In this document: in pieces, positions 40,789-59,645 of the stretch | How positions within the stretch are numbered: the stretch's first letter is position 1 | Layout of the letters: each line of letters begins with the position of its first letter | Notes under the pieces: generated by a model | What the model saw: the letters and a program-made list of their open reading frames with translations, nothing else | Databases searched by the model: none | What the model was told of the DNA's origin: nothing | Source: the human T2T-CHM13v2.0 reference genome, Homo sapiens | Assembly (NCBI RefSeq): GCF_009914755.1 | Contig: NC_060938.1 | Strand: one strand, 5' to 3' | DNA: 64,000 nt | Made by a program: the position numbers and the translations under genes

Positions 40789-41549
40789 AAACGGCGGCGC
40801 GTCCTGACCTGGATTCCGCCGAGTTGGGAGCTCCAGGCAGCAGGCGGGCGCGCGGCACCGGCTTTCCCCTTGTCCTCAGGAGACGCTGCCTGCAATTCCG
40901 AAATTAAGTCTCCACCAAACACATCTGTGGTTTTTAAATATAGCAGGGAACTATTACCCAGGCAGGGTCCACCCAGGCCTAGGGGAGGAGTTGAGGGGGA
41001 TGGAGATTGGCAGTGGAGGGAAAAGAAAACTCCTTTTTTCCCCCTCTTTTTTTCTTCTCTTCTTGGTGCAGAACCCAGCCTGTCATTTTCTCAACCCAAG
41101 TCAAACAACAGTTTGTGAGAGACGCTTGGGTGAGCTCTGGTATGTTGGCTTTTCGGGTTTCTAAAGCTAAAAATAAGAGGGGGCTGCCTCCCAAATTGCT
41201 GCTTACTCTGGGCCTGGAGGCTGGAAGAGAGCTGGTCCTTTGATGCAGCAGCGGGACTAGGGCTTGGGGCTTGGCTCAGGCGAAGTGTACACACGTAGCC
41301 TTAAATCAGATGCCTGTAATTTCTGCTATATTTGTCAGGCTTGGTCCTAGAGGCATGCGGGGTGGGCAAGCCACTCCTAAGAATGGGGTTTCAAGCCCTC
41401 AGCTTATCGGTGGCATTAGGCAGATCTAAAATGAGCCTGGTGGCTGGCCTTCTGTAGCGACACCAGTGCAGAAAAGTCAGAATGTAAGGGCAGGAAGTTG
41501 TTCTCTTTCAGGCCTCTCTGCTGCCTGAGGCTAAGTGTGAGGGGCCAAC

Positions 41550-41750
41550 AAATGATAATAATACTTACCAAATAGCAGCACCTTTTAAGGGCCAGGAGTG
41601 GTGCTAGTGAATTTGATTGTATTACCTCATGCCATCCTACTAAAACTCTGTGAGCTAGGTACAATTACCAACTCCATTTTTTTGTTGAGGAAATTGAGCC
41701 TTAGGTTAAATAACCATCCCAAGGCCACGTGCAGCAGAGCCAAGGATTGA
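41550..41750 (-). mobile_element. MIR SINE
   Basis: ctccatttt..tgaggaaattgagcc..ggttaaataac..cccaaggccac. Confidence 0.6.
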
Positions 41751-42249
41751 AATAAAATGCAACCAACCGGAGTTGTGCTGAGACGTCAACAGTGTGTGTG
41801 ACTCCTGAGATCCCTGGCTCCTTTGCCCGGCTGCTCTGGAGCAAGGCTTGGTTCAAACAGATTAAGGGGGTGTAGAGACTAGGGAATCTCTAAGCCTGAG
41901 ATGGCAGGAGGTCTTTGCTGGTCCTTTGACTCAGTGTTCCGTTAGCAAGCTGTGTGGTGGTTTCTGGCCTGAGTCCGGAGTCAGAATCCTGGATGTGCTC
42001 AGTAGGAGCAGTAGGAGTGCTTTCAGACCCCTGAACCTTTATGGGTCTTGAATTTCATTTAAAGTTAGGGCTGGGACTGACTTTGAAAGGTTTCAATAGC
42101 TTCTAAAGTTGTGGGATCTCAGGATATGTCAGTTACTGGGACTTACCTTGTGTCTGCTCCCATGGAGAGTCACAATGCTGAGTCTACACATTGAGAGTCT
42201 ACAGTAGAGACAAAGAGATGGCTAATGGGCACCTAAATTGATAGAGTTT

Positions 42250-43175
42250 TTAGGTAGGGCAATTTTGAAAGATACATCAAATTCCTTAAAAACGTGAATG
42301 CCTGTGACCCAGTAATTTTACTGGAAGAAATTTATTCTATGGCAATCATTAAGGATATGCTCAAATATTTAGTTACAAGGATATTCATGGTAGTGTTTTT
42401 AAGAGTGAAAAATTGGAAACATCTTAATTTTCCAACACAACAAATTGGTGAAGTAAACATGTTTTGTTGACATAATGCTGTATTCTACCACTGTAAAAAT
42501 ACCGATGCAGCATTCTGTGTACTGGTGTGGAAAGGTTTTTATAATATATCGTAGACAGAGAGAAAAAAAACCCCAGAACACAGTGTAACACAGCATGTGC
42601 GGGGGTGGCGGGGTGGGGATGAATGCCCTGGCAGCATAAAAACCCCAAAATGGTAGTGGTTATCTCTTGGTGGTGGGATTTCTGGTGATTTTGTTTCTCT
42701 TTGTATCAATCAACTTTATTGAGGTGTAATTTACATACAACAACTCACCTTTTTTCTGATCTATGCTTTATGAAGGCATCAAAAGCAAGGTCTAGTGCAC
42801 AGGCTAAATGACTATCTCAGTAGTGAGGAACATGAATCTGCAAAACTATCCCAGTAGTGAGGAACATGAATAATATTTCAAGATACCTGCAAAAACTAAC
42901 TGATGATATTAAAATATCTGACATTTCTAATGGAGATAAAGTTACAGGTATCCAAACATCACTACTACTACTAAAAACTCACCTGTTTTAAGTGTATAGT
43001 TTGAAGAGTTTTTATACAAGTACATACATGTAGAGCAACAACCTCAGTCAAGACATAGAACATTTTCATCTCCCCCAGAAGTCCTCTCAGGCCCCTTTAT
43101 ACTCATCCGCTCTTCCCACAGGCAACTATTGATCTGCTTTCTGTCACTGTGGCTTAGTTTTGCTTGTGCCAGAAT
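42250..43175. mobile_element. Old L1M (L1ME-like) fragments
   Basis: tgacccagtaattttact..acaaggatattcat..aaaaattggaaac (plus strand); caactttattgaggtgtaatttacatac..agacatagaacattt (minus strand). Confidence 0.65.
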
Positions 43176-43449
43176 TTTATTTGTTTGCTTGTTAATATCT
43201 ATTGATATATTTTCAGTGAACATTACCTATTCACTAAAACTGAACCAGCAACAACAACAGAATTGGTCATGTCATTTTTTTAGAACTACCAAACAAAACA
43301 GACAGGAACCTTGTCTTCCTCTTGTCACCTGTGACAGGGCAATGCTGCGGGGAGGAAGGCAAGAGGTGCCAAAGCATGTTCAACCAACGCTGTCGGCAGA
43401 GCTGACTTGCGTAGGTTCCTCTGAGTTCTAGGTAGACTGAAATAGCAAA

Positions 43450-43620
43450 GCCCAGCTCTGCATTCTGAGCCTCAGTGTCCTCACCAGTAAAATGGGAATA
43501 ATAATAATTATTATTATTATTATTAATTAATAATAATAATTATTATTATTATTAATTATTATTATTAATAATAATAATACCCACCTCATGAGGTTGTTGT
43601 GAAGCTTCAGTGAGATTACA
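43450..43620 (+). mobile_element. MIR with an expanded (AAT)n/(ATT)n tract
   Basis: ctgagcctcagtgtcctcaccagtaaaatgggaata[AT tract]acccacctcatgaggttgttgtgaag. Confidence 0.75.
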
Positions 43621-44047
43621 GTTTCTGGTACAGACCAATCCCCAAATATATATCAATTCTCCTTCTCCCCTACTTTTGTTCTCCCCCAACCCTGCTTCTC
43701 TCCCATCTTAAGTTCTACAGCCAACCTTCACGTGGCCTATGAAGTCTCAGACTGCTTTTAACTCTGGACATTCTCACTTCTTTTTTTCTCCCCACTACAT
43801 GCATACAGGGTTGGAAAACATTAAATGTAATGACACCGTACTTGCATTTCTGCCATTGTTACTTATATCTAGCTGTACTGGAACCCAAGGAGATGTTCAC
43901 AAGGAAGATGGAAAGCAAGCTGTGTAACATCAGCATTGGGAGCAAGAGCCACAAACCTCATTTTCAAGTTGGGAAGAAACTCAGGACCCGAGAAGCTACA
44001 GGATTCAGCCCAGTCACAGAGCTTGGTAAGAACTAGACAGACTCTTT

Positions 44048-44398
44048 TATGGACTGAATTGTGTGTCCCAAAACTTGTGTGTTGAAGCCCTAGCCCTTAG
44101 TACCCAGAATGTGCCTGGGTTTTGAGACAGGGTCTTTAAAAAGGTAATAAAATTAAAACAGTGCCGTCAGTGTGGGCCCTAATCCACTATGACTGCTATC
44201 CTTATAAGAAGAGGAGATTAGGACACAGACAGACAGAGGGACAACCTTGTGAGGACACAGCGAGAAGGCAAGCCAAGGAGAGAGAAATCAAATGTGCTGA
44301 CACCTTGATGTGGGAGTTCTAGGCTCCAGAACTATGAGAAAATAATTTCTGTTAGTTAAGCCACTCAGTCTTTGGTATTTTGTCATAGTAGCCCTAAT
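44048..44398 (+). mobile_element. MLT1B-like MaLR solo LTR
   Basis: tatggactgaattgtgt..gttgaagccct..ccttataagaagaggagattaggacacagac..ttttgtcatagtagccct. Confidence 0.85.
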
Positions 44399-44889
44399 TC
44401 TGTGAGTCCTTGTCATAGAATACCCTTTCTCTAGAGGCTGAGCAGCAAGTAATAGGGCAGATGGGATGAATAGTGGGAAGGGACCACATGGCTTCTTGGT
44501 GGGGCCCCAGTATTTGCCATTATGCTGCAGAACTCCACAAGTCAGTGCCTCTCCAAAAGCGGGGCCTCAGGCACTTCATAAGCAGACGACCTGCCAGTCC
44601 TGGCCACCAGTGGCACTGCATCCCACACAAGCCACAGTGTCTCTTCTCACAAGCAACCTAGGTGCCAGCATTCCACAGCCCTTGGACTATACAATCTGAT
44701 AGCAGTTGAGAAACAACAGCAGTCAAGTGGAAGCTAAAAGTAAGTTCTGGAACAGCTCTGTAGGGAGGATGGAAGTTTAGTAAACCCTGTCTGATAATAG
44801 GGTATTTATTTAGTGAGACATAATTCTTCCCTATGCGTTATATTATTTTTAATCTCATTATAACTTGTATTTCAAAAATTTGTCAATTA

Positions 44890-45493
44890 TTTATTTTTCC
44901 TTTTATAAAGTTTATTGCAGTAGGATATACATACAGAAATGTGCACAAGTCATGACTATAGCTCAAAGAATTTTCACAATGTGAATATATTTTATTTAAT
45001 CATCATCCAGAACAATAAATATTACCAGTACCCCAGCAGCTCCCCTCGTGCCTCTCCCAGCGATGCTTCTTCCTCTTCTCCAGAGGGAACAGCTCTCCTG
45101 ACTTCTAAAACCACACATTAATCTTATGTGACTTTGAACTCTACGTAAATGGAAGCAGATGGAAAGTACTGTTTTGGGGGTTCTTTGCTCAGCATAATTT
45201 TGGTGATGTTCATTCATATTGTTGTGTGTAGCAGCAATTTGTGATTTTTCATTTATGTATAGTTTCCTTTGAATGAATATGCAACTCAACTTTTTATTCT
45301 GCTCTTGATATCTAAATTGTTTCTGGTTTTTTATTTTTTGAATAATGCTGCTGTGAACATTTGCCTACACTCTCCCTCTCCAAGATTGTTTGATCACATT
45401 CTTCTCAGCACTTAGTATTGTCAGACTACTTAAAATTAGTCATTCTGGTGGGTATAAATTTGACTTTAATTTGTGGCTTTAATTTGCACTTTT
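44890..45493 (-). mobile_element. Old L1M (host element, left part)
   Basis: tactgttttgg..ttgctcagcataattttgg..aataatgctgctgtgaacatt; continues after 51615. Confidence 0.7.
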
Positions 45494-51614
<6,121 letters not shown>

Positions 51615-53690
51615 AATTTACACTTTCCTAGTGACTACTGAAGTGGAAACTTTTTCATACACGTATTGGCTTTGGATGCCCTCTTTTGTTAAGTATTTGC
51701 TCAAGTTTGTGGCCTATTTTTCCATAAGGTCTTTTTCTTATTGATTTGTGAAGGTTCTTCACATATTCTGGATGAGTCTTCTGTCATCATACACATTGCA
51801 AATATCTTCTCCCAGTTAGTGGCTTGCCTTTTCATCCCTTTTATTGTGTCTTTTGATGAACAGAAGTTCTTACTTTTAATGTAGTCTATTTATCATGTTT
51901 TTTCTTTTTTATCCTAAATGTTGTCTGGTTCCTGTTCCTTTGTCTACTCAAGGTTATGAAGATATTTTTCTGTGTTAGCTTCTAGAACTCTTACTTTCTA
52001 ACTTTAAAATTTAGATCTACAATTCTTCTGGGATTGCATTTTTGCATTTAATATGAAGTAGGGGTGGAATTTTATTTCTTCCATATGAATATATAAATGA
52101 CCCAGTAGAATTTATTAAAGAGAGTTCATTTTACCTGCAATGTCACCTTTCCTATGAATCAAGTTTTGTGTATGTATGGGTCTATTTATGGACTCTCTAC
52201 TCTGTTTCATTGGTTTATTTCTCTCCTCTTGTATCGACATCACACTGTCTTAATTACTGTAGCTTACAAGAAATTTTAATATCTGGTAGAATGAGTGTTT
52301 ATTCTTTGTTCTTCTTCATGAGTATCTTGGTTATTTTTGGCCCTTTGCAATTACACATAAATTTTAGAATCAGCTTGTCAGTTTTTGTAAAAATGCCAGC
52401 TGGGAAGTTAATTAAGATTGCACTGAATTTATAGATCACATTGGAGAGAATTGACATCTTAACAATATTGAGTCTTCTGACCTATGAACATGGAATATTT
52501 ATTTATTTAGATCTTTAATTTCTCCAAGTGATGTCTTAACATTTTCAATGTACAGGTCTTGCACACAGTTGACCCTTGAAAAACAGGGGTTTGAATTTTG
52601 AGGATCCACTTATATGTATATATTTTTTCAACCAAAAGCAGATAAAAAATGCAGTATTTGCAGGATGTGAGACCTGCCTATACTGAGGGCCAACTTTTCA
52701 CATATGCATGTTCAACAGGGCCAACTTGCAGGACTTGAGTATGCCTGGATTTGTGTATATGCAGGGGTTCCTGGAACTCATTCCCCATATTTATTGAGAC
52801 AACTGTGTTTCTTTAGATGTATTCCTAGGTATTTGGGTTCTGTGATGTCACATAAATGGTATTATTTTCTTTTTCTTCTAATTAAACAAAATTTTATGTA
52901 AAATTGTTTCTTATGATTAAAAATTAAATTGATTTTTGTAAACTGATTTTGTATCCAGCAACATTGTTAAATTTACTTTAATTCTAAAAGTTTGTAGATT
53001 GTTTAGGTTTTTTTCCCTCATACATAACTATGCTTACACATTTCTTCCTTTCAAATCTTTTATTTTTGCAATGACTAGGATCTCAAATACATCAATAAAT
53101 AGAAGTGGACATAGCAAGAATCTTTGTTTCTTTCTTGATCTCAATGGAAATGCTTTCAATATTTTCCCATTAAATATGATATTTGTTATTTTTTTAGAAT
53201 ATCTTTATCAAATTAAGGAAGTTCCCTTCTCTTCCTAGTTTCTTAAGGTTTCTCTTATTTTAGTCATAAACTTTTTTGCTTGCCTTTTCATTCCTTTTAT
53301 TGTGTCTTTTGATGAACAGAACTTCATCAAATGCTTTCTTTGCATCTATTGAGATGACTGTATGAAATTTCTACTTAACCTGTTAAAGTGATAAATTATA
53401 ATTAACTCATTTTCTAATGACTAACCAACTTTACATTCCTGGAATAAAGTCATATTGGTTGTGTTGAATTATCTTTTTAAGTGTATTACTGAATTTGGTT
53501 AGCTATTAAATTGTAAAGGACTTCTGTATCTACATTCATAGCAGAGATTGGCCAATAATTTTCTTTTTTTGTAATGTCCTTATCCGATTTTGGTATCAGG
53601 GTTTTCTGGCTTCATCAGAAGAGTTAGGAAGTGTTTTATCTTTATTCTCTGGACAAGTTTGTGTAACATTGGTAAAGTCGGATTTTCAAA
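51615..53690 (-). mobile_element. Old L1M (host element, right part)
   Basis: ttgatgaacagaagtt..ttttagaatcagcttgtca..gagagaattgacatcttaacaatattgagtcttc. Confidence 0.8.
52566..52805 (+). mobile_element. MER8 (Tigger family)
   Basis: cagttgacccttgaa..ggtttgaa..ccacttata..gagacaactg termini. Confidence 0.85.
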
Positions 53691-53719
53691 TGAGGGAATT
53701 AACATACTTAATACATTTT

Positions 53720-53900
53720 AATAGTTTTCTATGGCTGCTGAAACAAATTTCAACAAACTCAATGGCTTAAAGCAATGCAAATTCATTAAGTTTTACAGGT
53801 TAGAAGTTCAACACAGGTCTCCCTGGCCTAAAACCAAGGTACTACCAGGACGGCAGTCCTTTCCAAAGGCTCTGGGGGAGGATCCTTTTGCTTAAGGTCT
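53720..53900 (-). mobile_element. MLT1 LTR fragment
   Basis: gttttctatggctgctgaaacaaat..ggcttaaagcaa..aaccaaggt..ggctctggggga. Confidence 0.65.
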
Positions 53901-55162
53901 TCCCACTTTCAATTTACAAAATTTTAAATTTACAAAAATATTTTTCTAAAATTCATTCTATTATTTTATATTTTACATTTAGATTTTTACTTCATCTAGA
54001 ATTTTTTGAGCATGGTATGATGCAGGGGTCTGGTCTGCCTTCCTTCACATGCCAATTCTGTCAGCATGATTTACTAAATACATCATCCTTTCCCACTTTG
54101 TCAGATACTAAGACTCATATTTACTTGAATCAACTTTGGATTCTGTTTCATTGATTTATTGGCCTATATTGTGGCCAAGTCTATATTTTTGGCATTGTTA
54201 TTTATTTATGTTAAATTAATAAATTTTATATTTTAGAGTAGTTTTAGGTCCACAGCAAAATTGGGCAAAAAGTAGAGAGTTTTCATACACTCCTATCCCC
54301 CTCTGTGCCATATTTTTATTGCATTAAATTTAGAGCTAATTGTAATATATAATAAGTTATCATCCTTGTATCTTTCCATAAAAATGTACTCCTCTCAGAT
54401 ATTCTTTCAGTGATCTTTAAGATTATTATATCCAGTGTGAAGAATCCCAAACTGGGATTCTGGTTGGAATTTAATTAAATATATAAATTAATTTAATTAA
54501 AAATATAATTATTTAATATAAAAAATATATACACATTTTTATAATATATCATTCTATCTTAGAAAGTTGTCATTCCATTTAGATATCTTCTTCTCATATT
54601 TTAGTAAGATTTTATAGTTTTACTTATTTAGGTCTTTTGCCTTTCTTGTGAATTTTATTTCTAGGTATTTTATAGTTTTCATTTTTATTAAAAATGGGAT
54701 TTCCTCCCTGTGACATTTAAGTTTGTTTACTAAAAGTAAACCTATTAATTTTTGTATCTTTATTTTGTATTCAGTTTCCCTATTCAATTCTTTTAATAAC
54801 AATCTTTAACATTTATGGAGAACTTACAATGGATCTGGCACTGTTTTAAGTGTTTTACGTGTATTAGCTCATTTAATCCTGATAACATCTCTATAAGGCA
54901 GATACTATTATATCAGTTCCATGGATGAGGAAACTGAGGTCTAAAGTAGAATTTCTTAATTTTTCTAAGAAAACAATCATCTAATCTGAAAATTAAAAAT
55001 TTGCTATATGTGAATATTTATACTGATTGTTTCATTGTATTTTTTTGTTGGATTGTCCAATACTTACAATATTGAATAACAGAAGAAATAGTAGACATAT
55101 TTGACTTGTTTCTGATTTTAATGAAACTGTAATATCTTTCTAAATTAACCTTTATCTTTATC

Positions 55163-55802
55163 TTGAGACTGACCATAAGGACTCCCCAGTAGCCACTCTC
55201 TAGGAGAGCCTACACCAGGAGAAGAGTTAGGCTCAGGTGCGTGTGCCAGGTGATGTGCAGAAGAGGCTGCATAACAAAACACAGGAAATCACAGACACCT
55301 TCTGTTACTCACAGATCCATAGGAGAAGAAGGGTGCCCATGACAGCCAGCAGCAAGTCTGGAAACGGCAGCATGCCCAGCCAGCAGGTAGAGGGTGACAG
55401 AGAGAGAGAATCTGTGGCACTAAAGCCCTTATTGGGGTCAGGGCGTTATCCAAGCAGGTTTCCTGAGAGTTCTAGTTGGTGGGTTTAGAACAAACAGGCA
55501 CACGTTACATGGGCTCACTGTGTAACTGAGAGGTGGTCAGTGCTGCATATCTGCACAGTCCATTCAGGGTGAGTCAGTGGGGCCAGGTAAGTAGGCTGTA
55601 TCTAGCTGTCCCTCAGGGTAGTGGCCACCAGTAGGCAGTTGTTTAAGGTAGATAAATGGATTGACCACCTTGAGGAACCGGGAGAAGGAGTAGAACTGGA
55701 AACTGTGTGAAGGGAGACTGAGCCCTGCTCCTCAGATAAGATAGTACAGCTCATATTCAAAATGGACTTGGAGCAACATAAAAGTATAAGAATTCACTAC
55801 AA
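55163..55802. mobile_element. Probable ERV LTR (family not identified)
   Basis: Abrupt GC-richer ~640-bp block with tg..ca-like ends inside AT-rich L1 debris. Confidence 0.45.
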
Positions 55803-56477
55803 CAGTTGTAGAGAGAAATTACAGATGAACCCAAATGTGCATTGATAGTTTGATAAAGAGTCTATTTGCAACTAATAATAATAACATTAACAGTAACTAG
55901 GAAACAAAAGAAAAAACAAAAGGATTTATACATAAAAATTTGTGCAAGTATATTTATCCTCAAAGAAGTTCTTGCTCAACCCCACAACTCTTTTAGTTCT
56001 TCTTCCTTCTGTAAGTAATAAAGTGCCCAACCAACAGCAGCTTAAATCATAATAAGTCCAGAGGAACATGATCTCAGGATATTTGAGCTCAGTATTGTCA
56101 TCAAGGATGCAGGATCTTTCTGTACTTTCTGCTCAACCCTCCTTAGCTTGTTGACTTCCCCTCATGCTTGTAACGGCAAGATCATGAGATGGCAACCAGA
56201 GTTCCAGATATCATCTCCAAGTTCAAGGCAAAAACAAATGGGAAGGAAGTTCTATACCCTTTTATCAAGAAATAAACCCTATTTGTAATAAGCCCCCTCA
56301 GCAGACTTTAAAAAAAATGCATTGGCTACATCAGGGTCACAAAGACCCTTCTACTTGCAGAAGAGGCTGGAAAAAATGATCACAGGCTCATAATTTCTTA
56401 TTGGCAATTCTGAAACCAAAAAAGTCTGAAAACTTAAAAGTCCTTTATAAGTTTGGTGCCAAAATGCATTTGGTGGC

Positions 56478-56822
56478 TGATATGGTTTGGCTCTGTGTCC
56501 CCACCCAAATCTCATCTTGTAGCTCCTATAATTCCCACGTGTTGTGGGAGGGACCCAGTGGGAGATGATCGAATCATGGAGGCGGGTGTTTCCCATGCTG
56601 TTCTCATGATAGTGAGTGAATCTCATGAGATCTGATGGTTTTAAAAATGGGAGTTTCCCTACACAAGCTTTCTTTTTGCAGGCTGCCATCCATGTAAGAT
56701 GTAACTTGCTCTTCCTTGCCTTCCCAGCCATATGAAACTGTAAGTACAGTAAACCTCTTTCTTTTGTAAATTGCCCGGTCTCGGGTATGTCTTTATTAGC
56801 AGCGTGAAAATGGACTAATACA
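56478..56822 (+). mobile_element. THE1A-like MaLR solo LTR
   Basis: tgatatggtttggctctgtgtccccacccaaatctcatcttgtagctc..ggactaataca; 5-bp TSD gtggc/ttggc. Confidence 0.92.
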
Positions 56823-56978
56823 TTGGCAAATTTGACCCAAACAGAGATGACACTATTTATAGTCCTTATTCATCATAATTAATGTGACGATCTCTCTGTT
56901 TTAATACAGAATTATTAATATGTTTGAAACAGGATGCTGTCTAACACTTACTGTGGTGTTAAATGACATACAGTACAG

Positions 56979-57301
56979 GGTCAGGCATGGTGGCTCATGC
57001 CTGCAACCCTAGCCCTTTGGGAGGCCAAGTCAGGAGGATCGCTTAATGACAGGAGTTTGAAACAAACCTGGGCAACATGGTGAGATGAGACCCCATCACT
57101 ATAAAAAACAAAAAATTAGCCAGATGTGGTGACACATGCCTGTAGTCTCAGCTACTCAGGAAGTTGAGGAAGATCCCTTGAGCCCAGGAGTTCGAGACTG
57201 CAGTGAACTATAATTGCACCACTGCACTCCAGCCTGGGCAACAAAGTGGGTCCCCAACCAAAAAAAAACACAAAAAAACGAAACAAAACAAAACAAAAAA
57301 A
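56979..57301 (+). mobile_element. AluJ
   Basis: ggaggatcgctt..ttgagcccaggagttcgagactgcagtgaac. Confidence 0.9.
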
Positions 57302-57874
57302 CCCATACACTACATAGGCACTGTATCACTTTATTACCCTTCTAAGTGTCCAAAAGTTTATTCTGAAACATATCTGACCCCAGGGGTTTCAGATAAGGGA
57401 TTATAGGCCTGTATCTGGCAAAGGGCAATGGGATTGTCATTTTTAGTTTATGTCCATCAGATCTATCTACTGAGGCAGGGCAGATTCATGTCCTGAACAA
57501 AAGCAGGGCTTTGTTAGCAAAGAAAAGAGTGGGGTGCAAATGGTTATCAGGAAGGCAACAGACCCATGTGATTGGTTTCTGGAGTAAATACTATAATGTA
57601 ACAACTTTAGCAGTTTTTTGGCCACCCCTCCCAATTATTCAAAAGACCTCTTCCAAAGAGGGTAGAGAGGACTCAGAGACCTAAGGACTGGTTTTTGGAG
57701 CAGATTATTGTATTTGGTATGTAGCTTCATTGCCATCTCCCTCTCTGCTTTGTCAAAACCAACTTTCTCGAAGGAGCTGTCCTTCATGAATCCATGTCTC
57801 GATTTCCCCTGAACCCTTAACTGGAAGTTTGGCACCTGCTTCAACCAATTGACTAAGTTCATCAAAGGGACTAA

Positions 57875-58382
<508 letters not shown>

Positions 58383-59394
58383 TTTATACCTATTTTCTCT
58401 AGAGTTCTGCCCTTGGCCTTCTTTTCTCCTCACTTTACACACTCCCTGGGTGTTCTGGCCTGTTCCCGTGACTCAAAAACCACCTAGATGCTGAAAGGTC
58501 TCAAATCTGTGTCTCCAGTCAGCCTTCCCTCCTGAGCTTCCCATGCATATCTCCAGCTGCCTCTGAGATTTCTCCTTCAAATATCATGCCAGCTCCCCAG
58601 GTTCATCAGTGCTCCATGCCCTCCAAACATGTTTCCTCTCATATTTCCCAAGTCAGTGCTGCCATCTTTCTAGTTCCTCAAGCCAGACACCTGGATGTCA
58701 TGCCGGACTCCTCCTTCTCCCTCATCCTTTATCCAATCAGTAAACAAGGCCTATCTGTTCTACCATGGAAATAACTTCTCTGGAGTGGCTCACAGTCTTC
58801 CAACAAAATCTTTCTAAACATGTGTCATAATTATATAAAAAGTAAAAGGATGTGTTGCTGGATGTTAGATGAGGATGCCTATATGTTTTTAAGAAGGTCA
58901 CTAAATGTCAAGTTTAACCTATGACTAGAAAAGAATACGTATGTCAGAATCTAGGGAAAGAAGGCAAAGAGGATGCTGTAACACTGCAAGCAGGGCATTC
59001 TTCTTATTCCATGACAATCATTGTCTATCCACTGTTGGCAAAAACAGGCTACAGGGGCAGCCCTTTCTACCTTTCTGAAGTATCCCATAGACATTTCATT
59101 TAGGGAGGCACACTTGGGTTAGAAGAACACAGCAGGAAGAGGGGCTTCAAAGGCATAAAATTCAGGGCTCCTCTTCAAGAGAAATGCTCTCTTCCACAGA
59201 AGATGAGCAAAGATCTTCTATCCCTTTGAATGTCCTCATGGTCATGGTGCACTGAGAGGGTGGGGAGAGGGTAGGATAGCCAAACTGAGACAGAAACCTG
59301 GATAAATAGGAAACGTAATCACCAAGAATAGAATGACAAATCTCTCCATTGGTCTAAAATGGAGGTAAACTGCTTCCTGATCTTGTATGATTTG

Positions 59395-59645
59395 ACTTAG
59401 AAAATATATAACAATTATTTGACATTTACGTAGCATTTTACAATTTTAAATCATGTTCATAGATATCATCTCCTTAGAAACTAATAATAATCCTCAAAGG
59501 TAGACATTCTTTCATTTGACAGATAAGGAAACAAAGGCTCATAAACTATTAAGCAATTTACTTAAGAGTACATGGTTAGTGGAGTGTTGGGATCAGAACC
59601 CCTGGCTCTGACTTCCAGCTCAGGATTGTTTCTTCCATTGTACAC
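59395..59645 (-). mobile_element. MIR SINE
   Basis: catttgacagataaggaaacaaaggctca..ttaagcaatttact. Confidence 0.6.

Larger units (their letters stand above)
39140..40900. promoter_or_regulatory. CpG island / SLC8A3 promoter
   Basis: Very GC- and CpG-rich, repeat-free segment in an otherwise CpG-depleted window. Confidence 0.92.
56383..57411. mobile_element. MER46C-like Tigger MITE containing THE1A and AluJ
   Basis: Imperfect terminal inverted repeats caggctcataatttcttat / ataagggattataggcctg. Confidence 0.65.
55990..57545 (-). mobile_element. Old MLT1 (J/K-like) LTR split by a MER46C-like element
   Basis: gtcatcaaggat..tctgctc..ccttagc..cattggc..ggtcac..gaggctgg | ..ctgaacaaaa..gggctttgttagcaa. 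Confidence 0.55.

Noticed and set aside
39123-40922. Many long overlapping ORFs (up to 212 aa) in the CpG island
   Set aside because: Low-complexity Arg/Gly/Pro/Ala translations are expected from stop-poor GC-rich DNA; no recognisable domains.
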